Of a stretch of DNA of 64,000 nt, positions 26,701-38,772 are shown piece after piece. Source of the DNA: Octopus bimaculoides (lineage: Eukaryota). The stretch is from positions 137,266,340-137,330,339 of the forward strand of contig NC_068983.1 of assembly GCF_001194135.2 (NCBI RefSeq). Direction: 5' to 3'. The first letter of the stretch is position 1. Each line of letters opens with the position of its first letter. Both the position numbers and the translations under genes were made by a program. Under the pieces are notes generated by a model that searched no databases, was not told where the DNA came from, and saw nothing but the letters and a program-made list of their open reading frames with translations.

Positions 26701-27240
26701 TTTTTCATGATAATATGCTGATCTGGCATGAGTTGGCAGAATCATTAGCATACTGGGCAAAATGCTTAGCGTCATTTCATCCATCTTTATATTTTGAGTT
26801 CAAATTCTGCCTAAGTGGATTTTACCTTCCATCCTGTCAGAGTTAATAAAATAAATAGCGTCTACCATTCTAATAATTTTATCAATCTACTGGTCTTAAT
26901 AATACTACCAACAACAACAATGATAATAATAATGGTTTCACATTTTGGCACAAAGTCAGCAAGTACTGCCTTCCTGAGCTAAAAATTGTGGTAGAGGCCT
27001 CAGTCTCAGGACCACTTATGTCCAGAAACTGAGGTTAGGGGTAAGCAAGGGCATGCTCCCCATAGAAAATCCAGCTCCAAAAAAGCCTCATGATAGCAAA
27101 GGAGAAAGGGCACCAGCCAGTCCAAAGGTTGGGGTGGGCTGCACTTGCCTACTTCGGTTGCTATGGCATTGAGGTAGATCCAGCCACCCCCATTAACAGG
27201 GACAAAACCTGGATTTAAAACACTGGATGATGATGATGGA

Positions 27241-27452
27241 TGTCCAGACGTTTTTTGAGGTTGGGTGGCATTAAACCCAGTGTTCTGATGATAACAAGAA
27301 CAACCTTTACATTTGACTTTCACAGCTGCCACATCTTGGTGATCTCAATTTTCAGGTCTCCATATTTGCAAAAAATCAGCTTTACTTGGAACATACTGCA
27401 TACTGTGTAAAGTATTGTCTGTCTGAGGTCCTTGTGTCTCGACAGACAGTAC
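27241..27452. mobile_element. R4/Dong-like 3' fragment with an inverted 5' part
   Basis: 27241-27368 matches 26558-26685 directly; 27365-27452 is the reverse complement of about 26450-26529. Confidence 0.7.
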
Positions 27453-27859
27453 TTGCCGACCTTGTACCAAAATGTGAAACCATTATTATTATTATCATTG
27501 TTGTTGTTGGTAGTGTTATTAAGGCCAATAGATTGATAAAATTAGTAGAATGGTAGACAAAATACTATTATATTTTGTTGCATGTATCCCTTTACATTGT
27601 TAGTCCAAAGAGGCTTTGGTAACAAAATTTTAAGAAAATTGATGGTGGTTCTGTATATTTGTACATATTATTATTTTTTATTTTTTTGTTACAGAGGCAA
27701 TCAATACTTGACTCAAAATCTGGTCACTTAGATAATATAATTCATAGTATAAAGACTCTACTAATGTGCTGAAATATCTAAAAATCAAATGAAATATTTT
27801 TAAAATAACTATTATGATTTATCAGTTAAAACAATTATGCAATTGCTTATTATTTTCAG

Positions 27860-28036
27860 ATGGTGAGGAATTATTGCAGAAAAACACAACAGGGTTCATG
27901 GCACAAAGAAAATCTTCAAGGAGCTATTATGGCTGTCTTGAAAGGAGAGCTGGGTTACATGAAAGCTTCTAAACTATTTAGCATTCCAAAAACAACATTA
28001 ATCCGTTATGTAAAGAAACATAAGAACTTGATGATG
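27860..28036 (+). CDS. Exon encoding a pipsqueak-type (psq) helix-turn-helix DNA-binding domain; candidate alternative first coding exon
   Basis: Acceptor tattttcag|ATG (AG 27858-59) and donor ATGATG|gtaagt (GT 28037); 177 nt, phase-0 exit. MVRNYCRKTQQGSWHKENLQGAIMAVLKGELGYMKASKLFSIPKTTLIRYVKK matches the psq HTH pattern of pogo-like transposase N-termini. Confidence 0.8.
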
Positions 28037-28551
28037 GTAAGTGTTAAAGTTTATTTATTTTAGCAATTACAAGGAAAAAATTCCGTTTTCTACCGAGAAG
28101 TGGCTTTGTTTTATTGACAAGTCAAATATTGTTGATACATTTGAGTCAGGTATCAGAAATGCTTAGCAACAAAATGTTTAAAGCACTTCTTCCAGCTTTA
28201 CATTCTAACTTCAAATACTGCCAAAGTGAACTTTGCTTTTGTCCTTTCAGAGTTGATAAAATGAGTACCATATGAGCACTAGAGCCAATGTAATGACCTA
28301 TCTTCCTCCCAAAGGATTATTGTCATTGAAGGTAATAGACTGACAGAATCACTGGAACATCAGATAGAATATTTATAACTGTATTTATTCCAGCTTTCTT
28401 CAGGTTGCATTCAAGTCCCAACAAGATCAACTTTACCTTTCGTGTTTTCAAGATTGGTAAAATAAATATGTTAACTACTGAGTTGGACTGGGTATAAGCT
28501 AAGCTCCCTTCTCCAATTCAAAATCACCCATATTGTGCTTAAATTAGAAAC

Positions 28552-28552
<1 letters not shown>

Positions 28553-28608
<56 letters not shown>

Positions 28609-28620
28609 CATCATCATTAC
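28553..28620. repeat. (ATT)n microsatellite
   Basis: Direct inspection. Confidence 0.95.
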
Positions 28621-31519
28621 TATTAAATCATGACCTCATGATTGTGTTGTACTCACAATCGCAAGATTATGGTTTCAATACCTAGACCAAATGGTGCATT
28701 GTGTTCTTGAGCAAAACACTTCATCTCATTGCTCTGTGATAACTTTGACACCTGACATATGGTACGCCATGCACCTCTTCAGGCAGTGTCAATTTAATGG
28801 AAGGTGTGAGCTAAGGTACAGCACATACATTTGCTCGTTATAAACAACCCATTTGTGCAGGTCATTTGGCAAAAGCTGAACATTCATACATCATATTCAA
28901 CGGCAGAGTCTGTCATTATTACTATTACTATTATTGACCCTGGTAACAATCAAGTACTGGAGTCAACTTGTTCCCCCCACTCAAAAACTGCTAGCTCTGT
29001 GCCAAAATTTAAAACCATTATTATTATTATATTCAAATTCCACCGGGGTCAACTTTGCCTTTCATCCTCTTGGGGTCAATATAATATGTACCAGTTAAAC
29101 TCTGGAGTTGATGTAATTAACTTAACCCTTCCCCATAATTGCTGGCCTTGTGCCAAAATTTGAAACCATTATTATTATTATTATAAGGCAGTGAGCTGGC
29201 AGAATCGTTAGCACACCGGGCAAAATGTTTAGCAGCATTTCATCCATCTTTACACTCTCAATTCAAATTCCACCAAGGTTGACTTTGCTTTTCATCCTTT
29301 TGGGGTCAATAAATTAAGTACCAGTCAAGTACTGAGGTTAATGTAATCGACTAGTCTCCTCCTCCAAAATTCCAGGCCTTGTGCCTTTTGTAAAAAGGTT
29401 GATTATTATTATTATTATTATTACTATCATGATAATTAAGTGTTAGATAGCTGGACAAAACAATTTTGTTCACCTCTACATTATGAGTTCAAATTCCACT
29501 GGGATCAACTTTAACTTTCATCCATTCAGGGTTGATAAAATAAGTACCAGCTGAGCACTGGGGTCAATGTCATGGACTAAACCCTCCTCTTAAAATTGCT
29601 GGCCTTGTGCCAAAATTTAAAACAATCATTATTAGGAGCAAGAGATTTATAAAATAGTGGACAAAATACCTTACTATATTTTGTAATATCCCTTTAGATT
29701 CTTAGTTCAAATCACTTTGTGCTCATCTTTCATGCTTCCAGGGTAGATTGAATGAATACCAGTGTATCAACTGTTTCTTTAGAAAAAAATTAATGGCTTT
29801 GTGTCTATATTAGAAACAATTGATATCACTGAGGTGGAGAAGGAAGTACTGCTGCCTAGTAAATTTGTTAAAAGAGTAACAGAAATGACCTCAGTGAATA
29901 GGCCTACTTTTAGCATGTGCCTGTAAGCTGGAAATGATAGATGTGATAGGAGGAGAACTTTACATTTCATCCTTCCAGGATAAAATAAAGTATATTCAAG
30001 TATACTGGGATCAATTTAATTGACTAACCCCTTTCCATGAATTTCTGGTCTCCTGTCTGAGTTAGAAATGATTACTAAGAACAGTAAAATTGATAAACCA
30101 TTGAACAGAATGTTTTGTGATATTTAGTTACACTTTTCACATTCTGAGTTCAAACTCAGCTTGGGGCAACTTTATCTTTCCAGGACTGATACAATAAATA
30201 CTAATCAAGTATTAGGGTTGGTTTAATTGATGTCTATGTAACATATTATTATAGTGGAGGCGTCAAGCTGGTAGAATTGTTAGCACACTGGACGAAATGC
30301 TTGGTGGTATTTTACCCGTCGTTATGTTTTGAGTTCAAATTCTGCCAAGGTCAACTTTGCCTTTCATCCTTTTGGGGGTCAATGTAATTCCCCAAAATTT
30401 CAGACCTTGTGCCTTTAATAGAAAGGATTATCATAGTAGAATTACAGTCCAAATCCAGCTGAAGTCACATTTGTTTTCCATCCTTCTGAGTTTGATAAAA
30501 TATTTTTTTTTGTAGTTTTAGCTCAGAGCTGTGGCCATGCTGGTTCTCTTACTCTTCTCATTCACTCCTAGAACCTCTGTCTCCCTCATTCCTACCCACC
30601 TTGTACCTTCAAAGTCCACTCTGACACTATCTCCAATTTCCAGCTTCACATCATCCCCAACCGCTTTTCTAAAACATGAGTGATCATATAGCTACTCTTC
30701 AGCAAGAAACCTGTTCAGCTCCAGCCCTTTTCCCTCATATTTTATTCCTCTCTATTCTTTATTCTCCTAACAAAGTTCCTCCTTCTCACTCAAGGTTTGT
30801 AGTCTTGCAAGCTGCATGGTAACTTCACTAGTGCTCATTGAAAAAAAGCATCTAGTACACACAGTGAAGTGGTTTTATGAAGAGGCAGCTGTAGAAACCA
30901 TGCTAAAGCTGACACTGGAGCATGATGCAGTCCTTGACTCATCAGATCCTGTCAAACTGTTCGGCCTATGCCAGCATGGAACATGGACATTAAAATGATG
31001 ATGACATATTTGTGTGTGTGTGTGTGTTTCATTATCACCATCATCAACCTTTAATGCCTGTTTACCATGCTGGCAGGGGTTGGATGGTTTGACCAGAAAG
31101 CTGCACCAGGTTCCAGTCTGATTTAGTTTGGTTTCTATGGTTGGATGCCCTTCCTAATGCCAACCACTTTACAGTGTGTGCTGAGTGCTTTTACATGGTA
31201 CTGGCACTGGAACAGGACTCTTGCAAGCTGGTCTTCTTCACCAAGAGATGCAGCCTTAACACTTCTGCTGTGGAGTACGGGATTTCTTCAGTATAGCAAG
31301 GTGCTAGGTCTTTTGTTATCTCATCTGAATGGTTCAGCATTCTGAGGTTGTTAATTCAAAGGCCAAGAGTTTTGTGCATTAGCACTTATCAAACTTATCA
31401 TCACCAAACCTATGTATATATATATGTGAGGATCAGCTGAAAAGTTCATAAGATTCAGCACCATAAAGCAATGTTGTCAAGACCACTGACTTCTTTACAT
31501 TGACTGTTCCAAAGCCTAT

Positions 31520-32590
31520 GATAAAGCTTACCAAAAGCAGAGTTAGCCTTCCTGATTCTGGACTCAATTTCTTTATCCATCTTCGCATCATTGGATACAA
31601 TGGAACCAAGAACAGTTTTTAATGTTTTCCCATCAACATATACAATGGAGGCAACAGTGGGAAGATGGTCAAGAATGAGCTGATGGACAAGATCAGTTTT
31701 TTTTTTATGCTGATGGTCAGATCAAAAGCCTTCGATGCACATGAAAAGTTGTTTAAAATCCATTGCATGTCCTCAAGAGTGCAAGCTACAAGTGCACAAT
31801 CATCTGCAAAGAGCAAATCTTGAACTATTTGTACCAAAATCATAGTTTTTGCTTTGAAGTGCTGTTGGTTGAACAAGCCACCACCAGTTCTGTACTCAAA
31901 CTTTACTCCTTTTTTAACACCTACGAACATTGTTTCCAACATGATGGAGAAATACAAAGCAAATAAGAGTAGTGCAAGAACACAGCCTTGTTTCATCCCA
32001 TTTGAGACTGTGACTGAATCAGACACTTACCTGCTAGATCTAACAGAAGCCATCATCCCTTAATGGAAAGAAATGATGACATTGAGCATTATTTCAAGAA
32101 CACCTAGCTTTCTAAGGACAACCAAAAGAACATCCCTAGATATAGTGTCAAAAGCTTTAGTTAGATCTACAAAAGTAACAAAAACGTCTTGGTTGTGCTC
32201 ACAAACCTTTTCCTGCAGCTGCCTTAGGCTAAAAATCATATCTACTGTGCCTCTACCAGCCCAAAATCCACACTGAGATTCAGGCAACACTAAGCTGGCA
32301 AGGACATCATTTAGTCTGTGTAAGATAAAGCCTTCCAAGGATCTTCCCGGCAACACACAAAAGGGAGATACCTCTATGGTTGTCACATTTGTTGTCTTTA
32401 TCCATATAAAGATGGACAATAGAAGTGTCTTTAAACTCCTGTGGGACTGATCTTGATTCCCAGATTAAGAAGAGTTTATGTAACTTGTTCTGCAGGTGAC
32501 TGCTACCATATTTATATATCTCAGCTGATATGCCATTATTCCCAGACAATGCACACTCTCTCCATCAAAAGAGCATTTACCTGTACTTGT
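31520..32590 (-). mobile_element. RTE LINE reverse transcriptase fragment
   Basis: SQCGFWAGRGTVDMIFSLRQLQEK, FVDLTKAFDTISR, NGMKQGCVLA, LFADDCALVA. Confidence 0.85.
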
Positions 32591-32619
32591 GTACAGTGTG
32601 TCACGTGTCAGATGTTAAA

Positions 32620-33180
32620 TCGATTGTAGATTTGAAAGAAATGAAGCTGGATGTGTAATGTCAGTGTACATGCACAACAGTGTCTTGAGAGAAAAGTTGG
32701 GCATAAGAGGCATCAGATGTGGTGTGCAAGAGAGACGACTGCACTGGTATTGTCATGTGATGTGTACAGATGAGGACAGCTGTGTGAAAATGTGCCAAAC
32801 TCTAACAGTGAAGGGAGCGTGTGGAAGAGGTAGACCCAGGAAGACATGGGACGAGGTGGTGAAGCATGACCATTGGGCCTCACAGAGGCAATGACAAGTG
32901 ACCAAAACTTTTGGCGATATGTTGTCATTGAGGAGACCATCAAGCCAAGTGAAATCATAAGTGTGGCCAATGCCAGTGTCGCATAACTGGTACCCATGCT
33001 GGTGGCACATAAAAAGTACCCACTACACACTTGGAGCGGTTGGCGTTAGAAAGGGCATCCAGCCACAGAAATCATGCCAAATCAGACTGGAACCTGGTGC
33101 AGCTCCCCAGCTTACCAGTTTTCAGTCAAACCACCCAAGCCATGCCAGCATGGAAAACGGACGTTAAATGAAGATGATGA
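32620..33180 (+). mobile_element. RTE LINE 3' end and 3' UTR
   Basis: LREKLGIRGI...RRLHWYCHV...GRGRPRKTWDEVV followed by the common 3' UTR repeat ending in (GAT)n. Confidence 0.75.
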
Positions 33181-33184
33181 TATA

Positions 33185-34882
33185 TCTTAATATATAAAGC
33201 TGAAGTTGTGTGTCTGTGTGAAGCCTTTTTGAAAGTTTATAGAAATCCACATTTTCCACTTTTTCGTAAAAATTTTTACATCAATGGAATTTTATTGAAC
33301 TTTCCAGTGCAGTAATTAGATTTTTTAAATTCCGTTTACTTTGTGTGATTTAAGGGAGATTTGGCTGTTGTTTCTAGCAACTTTTATATTTCTTCCCTTC
33401 TACCTGTACACACAATCATTGACTACAATATAACTCATGTTCATCAATGTTTGGTAAATATACCACGATTTTCAANNNNNNNNNNNNNNNNNNNNNNNNN
33501 NNNNNNNNNNNNNNNNNNNNNNNNNNNNNNNNNNNNNNNNNNNNNNNNNNNNNNNNNNNNNNNNNNNNNNNNNNNNNNNNNNNNNNNNNNNNNNNNNNNN
33601 NNNNNNNNNNNNNNNNNNNNNNNNNNNNNNNNNNNNNNNNNNNNNNNNNNNNNNNNNNNNNNNNNNNNNNNNNNNNNNNNNNNNNNNNNNNNNNNNNNNN
33701 NNNNNNNNNNNNNNNNNNNNNNNNNNNNNNNNNNNNNNNNNNNNNNNNNNNNNNNNNNNNNNNNNNNNNNNNNNNNNNNNNNNNNNNNNNNNNNNNNNNN
33801 NNNNNNNNNNNNNNNNNNNNNNNNNNNNNNNNNNNNNNNNNTTTGGTAAATATACCACGATTTTCATTAGGGTGTTAGTGTTAGGGTTTATGTATCACTC
33901 TCTCCCCCCCTCTTTTACTCTTACTCTCTAAATTATATGTTGAGCGCATAATTACTGCACTGGAAAGTTCACATCGAAAAAATTCCATTGATGTAAACAT
34001 TTTTAAATTCCGTTTACTTTGTGTGATTTAAGGGAGATTTGGCTGTTGTTTCTAGCAACTTTTATATTTCTTCCCTTCTACCTGTACACACAATCATTGA
34101 CTACAATATAACTCATGTTCATCAATGTTTGGTAAATATACCACGATTTTCAATAGGGTGTTAGGGTTAGGGTTTAAGGTTAGGATTAGGGTTAGTGTTA
34201 CGGTTTTAGGGTTAGGGTTAGGATTTTAAGGTTACGGTTAGGGTTTAGGGTTAGTGTTAGGTTTAGGGTTTTAGGGTTAGGGTTGGGTAATCGTGCGGGT
34301 GTTAATCTGAAAAATTACAGAAATGTGAAAATTACCGACCCTGCCATCTATTATAACTTTGTTGTTCTATTTAATGTATACATAGATTATGCCTCCAAAC
34401 AAGAGAGTTTGCTGGGGAAAGAAAGCAACCAGTTTAAAATGACAGCAACAGACTGCAGCAATTCACCACATTCCAGAAGCTACTTTGAACATAATGCAAA
34501 GTGGTGCATCAACATATTCTACCTAATCTGATAGAATTATGGCAAAACTGTGTAGCAACAGATCGCCAGCAATTGCTTCATCAGAAATTGCCATCCTACC
34601 TCCTGCTAAAAGAGATTACCCTGCTATATATAATCAGGGCAGCGCAAAAAGTTTGTTTTGCACAAGCATTTCTACAGCCAATTAGACGGATGAAATTTAC
34701 GTACGCTTAATAATGTTACGCAAAACAGCCTTCAGACTTTCCCTATTAATTTTATCGTCTTTTGAATTATGAACATATTTACATCATAAGGGTTTTTTCT
34801 TTTTAGTTGATTTTCACCTAGCAAGACTTATCGTAGATGGTGTAATAAGTCACACCCGGACAAGGTCGGGTTATACTGCTAG
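33185..34882 (+). mobile_element. Non-autonomous Helitron with internal (TTAGGG)-like tract
   Basis: 5' a|TC ttaatatataaag; 3' hairpin cccggacaaggtcggg then CTAG|t; telomere-like repeats at about 34153-34284; spans N-gap 33476-33841. Confidence 0.7.
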
Positions 34883-34959
34883 TATTTATATATATTAACG
34901 TAAATCCTAAAGATGCATACACACACACATATATACATACATTCGTTAGAATTAGATAT

Positions 34960-35809
34960 CGGATAAACCGGTCGAAATCTGAATTAAGCGAGAGACTGAC
35001 AATGTTGATTTACACCGCCATTTCACTATTAATGTTTCTCCTTGCAATTTCCTTTCGCATTTCTGGGATTAGATATCTTTCAGCCTCGTGATATACACGA
35101 TGGCTTCAAGGGAAAGTAAGAAGCCAAGGAAAAAGCATGCTACTCTATCTGTGATCCAGAAACTGGAACTTATAAAGAAGTTAGAGGCTGGTGCTTCGGT
35201 GAGGAGTATTTGTACTCAGTATGGTATCAAAAAACAAACAGTTTCAGGCATACGCAAGGCTAAGGACAAACTTACTACATTTTCTTTGAAATATAATGTT
35301 GCTGCAAATTCTAAACTATCTGTTGGTGCAAGGAAGCGTATGAGAGTTGCAAAAGATTCAAATCTTGAGGAAGCTGTGACGAAGTGGTTTATCCATCAAC
35401 GATCTTGTGGTAATAACGTCCGTGGTGTGGAAATCCAAAGTGCTGCTGTCAAGTTAGCTAGGGACATGGGCGTCGACAATTTTGTAGCTAGTGATGGGTG
35501 GTTATGGCGATTTAGAAATCGCCATGGAATGTGTAAAAAAATTACCACTGGAGAAGCAGGTAGCCCATCAACCGGGGAACTTACGGTATGAACTTTTTAT
35601 TTAATTTTATGTATTAACGTTAAATAATTTTAAAAGCAGAATTTATACTTGCATAGTTATATATTCTTACAGTATGTACTCAAATTTTGCATATACTTCC
35701 AATATCATGTACGTATACAATATTAAATTCTACCATCGGTTAATTCGGACATTTGACTAAAACGGACATCCCCCCCCCCCCATTAGTTTGCTTCAATGAG
35801 GAGGAACTG
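34960..35809 (+). mobile_element. Internally deleted pogo/Tigger transposon shell around the CENP-B exon
   Basis: Right end ...cggacatccccccccccccattagtttg...gaggaactg|TA resembles a Tigger terminus; partial inverted match at about 34960-34992; catalytic domain absent. Left boundary approximate. Confidence 0.55.
35100..35585 (+). CDS. Exon encoding CENP-B N-terminal HTH + HTH_Tnp_Tc5 domains (Tigger/Jerky-like DNA-binding region, no DDE domain)
   Basis: Open ORF MASRESKKPRKKHATLSVIQKLELIKKLEAG...LEEAVTKWF...FVASDGWLWRFRNRHG; upstream acceptor ctttcag (35083); donor TTACG|gtatga at 35586, phase 0. Confidence 0.8.
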
Positions 35810-36094
35810 TATATACAAGACACCCTTCAACTTTTAATATATGTTTATTTTTTTCATTCATTCAAAGCTGTTTATTCATTTTGTTGCTACTCAGCATTTC
35901 TCATTTGCATGCGTTCGTTCAGATGAGACATTTAGGGTTCGGTTTAGAAGTATCAGTGTTCGTTTCTTAAAGGGGTATGTTGTTAAGACTGAATGAACGC
36001 ATGCACGCGGAAACTCGGAGTAGCCTTAGAGTGAATCATCAGTTTGGAATGTCAAAATATAGGTTAATACATACACGTACACGAATTTGATGCT

Positions 36095-36150
36095 ATTTCT
36101 CTGTCGCCATATTTCAGTCGATGAAATAAATTTCCGGCGCCATTTTTTGG
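36095..36150 (+). promoter_or_regulatory. Putative promoter with YY1-like motif upstream of the FLYWCH exon
   Basis: GGCGCCATTTT at 36136-36146 and CGCCATATTT near 36104 in CpG-richer sequence about 220 nt upstream of the exon. Confidence 0.35.
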
Positions 36151-36363
36151 ATTAAGTCGTCATAATTTTACACTCTGTAACTGTATTCACGACTTGCACA
36201 GAAAGAACGGAATTTTTTTCAAATAGGAGACGATTGATTTCAGTATAATGTATTCATTTTATTTACAAATTTAAAATTTACTCTTAATTTCAAACTGTCA
36301 TTTTAAAGATTCGGTTACTTCGTTTGGTTACAAGCGGCCTAGGAAATAAACAGGGTTTCCAGA

Positions 36364-36768
36364 ATGGAGCAAAACCCATATAACGGTATATGGATTCCTG
36401 TAACAGACGGTCACGACAAAGTGATGTACGAAGGATATATTTTCAATTATGAAAAAATGAGTAAAACAGATGAAGACACACGCTTTTACTCATGTTACAG
36501 AAAAAAATCGTTGCGTTGTAAAGCAAGGTTGCACATCTGTAACAACACAATAACAAAATTGCACAAGACTCACAACCACACTGAAGATTCGGCGAACATT
36601 GAGAAAAGTAGTAAGTTTAGAGCGGAAGGAGAGATGATACGAGCGATGGAATCACATGCAACAAGATTATCTGTCGCGAATAACAGTCACATTTCAACAA
36701 TATCTGTCCCAGAAATACTGGCTATCACAAATTCTCCTGGATGTATAAGACAAAGAAACACGAACAAA
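36364..36768 (+). CDS. Exon encoding a FLYWCH-type zinc finger; candidate alternative first coding exon
   Basis: KVMYEGYIFNYEK...RFYSCYRKKSLRCKARLHIC...THNH fits the FLYWCH C-x-C...HNH pattern; acceptor gggtttccag|aATG (36362); donor AACAAA|gtaagt (GT 36769); 135 codons, phase 0. Confidence 0.8.
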
Positions 36769-38347
36769 GTAAGTATATTCACGTGTGTATGTGAAAGCGT
36801 TTGTTTACATGTGTTTAGAGAATGAATCTCGTCAACTGAATAACTCGATTTAAATCTGGCGGCCCATAATTCATCAATTACTTTTTTTCTCGACACCGAT
36901 TTCGTGGACATAAATTCTGTTTCAAAAGATTTTGAAAAATATTACGAAGAAATTATTGTTCGCGCATCTCCGTATTGTAACTTGTGACAGTTATTTTTGT
37001 CAAGTATTGATAGACTGCTCTCGATTAAAAGTACACGTAAAAACGATCTTACTGCTGACTGTCTGCTAATAGCGGGAACGGTGTAGGATACGGAAGTTGC
37101 TTTCAAATATTCTAATTAGTAGTTGACAATAAGCAGTGAATAGTTCTTTTCATGCATTTTAACCTAGAACACTTGCGCTATCGACATTCATTATTCTATT
37201 ACATTAATTGTGCGATATAGGTACCTTAAAAAGAAGAAAGATGTGAAAAATAAAAAGAAACTGATAACATGCTACTAGTCACTGGGAATAAATCGAACTG
37301 TTATGAAAACTGCGCTTATTTCGATATTAACACCTTAAGGGCCGGCGAAAAAAGTAACTGAAAGTAGTTGTTCAGTCCCAAGTCGTCTTTGATTGAATAG
37401 GTCTGTAACCAATATTTTTCCACTCGCCACCACCGTATCTTTTTATGAGTATGTAAGCTAAGCTATGCAATCTAATACGTTTTCTTTGTTAAGACTGTAG
37501 GATGATTTAAGAGAGATTTGGTTGTTATTCCTAGCAGTTCGGGCAACTGCAGAGAGCCCCTCGCGCTAACAAAACTCAGGACAATCGAACGAGTACAGGA
37601 TTAAATCAAGAGCTCCTCAAGTTTGACATGTTTGGTATGATAGTAAACAAAGACCCGACGAGAAAGTTTTTATGGTTACTAGACTAGCTAGGAGGCGCAA
37701 CCACATCCCCCTCATTAAACCCCAATTCTACTATTTTAAACGAAGGACAGATAACATGGTTCTAGATACATTAAATGTGAATAAAATACGGGATGGTCGT
37801 AGCTGGAACGTTTTTGATCATAGATCTGTTCGAATAACAACAAAGACGTGGAAAAAGTTTAGACAGTTTTACTTCTCAAAGATTCGCTGCATGAATTGAC
37901 TATTTATCCATGTGCGTAATAATATAAATAATAAAAAAATGTATTTAATCTCCCCCTCTCTCTTTCATACACACACACAAATAAATTCTACATATTTTGT
38001 CTTCTATTGGCGGTGCTTTTAAGTTAGACATAGCCTGAGCCTAAACTCGCCCAAACCGAAGACACTGGGTGTTTTGGGTCTCATACAACACACATCCTCA
38101 TCCAGGCAACCCAACCGAGGTTGATCAAGCCCAGCCCTATATCCAAGCGACCTCCTACTGACCCCACCGATCAGTGACCAGTTGTTCTTGATAGCTCTTC
38201 TGTTCATTCCTGTAATTATTAAATGCATAGAATTCCATAGGTATCCTTGACTGCCAACCACCACTGGCAAACACCCCAATATTGCGGCAGTCCTCCACTG
38301 TGTACTTGGTTCTCATCAGTTCTTGCGCCTTCCCCATTCGTCTATAC

Positions 38348-38772
38348 CAGGGGTCAGATGACTGAGAGAATGACGAGAGCGAGCCGCATAACCATTTTCT
38401 TTAATACAATACATTGAATACACAACAAATAAAGACAACCAACATGTTTATTTACCAAAAAGTTATCAAAGAAGGTGACGTTAGCAATAAGATAGTTTTA
38501 TCACACCCAGTGCGCACATATCCGAATCTCACAAACTAAGCAGCAAAAAAGGTTAATGAGATTTGTGAAAATGGTGTTTAGCTTTTAAGATATCAATATT
38601 TGCTTTGGAATTGTTGCATCCAACCAAGAGAATTGCTTTCAAATGTTCATCAGTCAACCTCGTTCGATGTGCTGACTTCACATACTTCATTTTTGAAAAT
38701 GTTTGCTCACAGGCATAAGTTGTTCCAAACACGGATGAACTGACCTCGCAGGCCGTAGTTTGGTGACCCCTG
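38348..38772 (-). mobile_element. hAT (Charlie/SPIN-like) deletion derivative
   Basis: Ends CAGGGGTC.../...GACCCCTG; perfect 8-bp TSD GTCTATAC; minus strand VFGTTYACEQTFSKMKYVKSAHRTRLTDEHL (hAT dimerization region). Confidence 0.85.

Noticed and set aside
34153-34284. (TTAGGG)-like tract as a chromosome end or fusion site
   Set aside because: Short, degenerate and internal to a Helitron.
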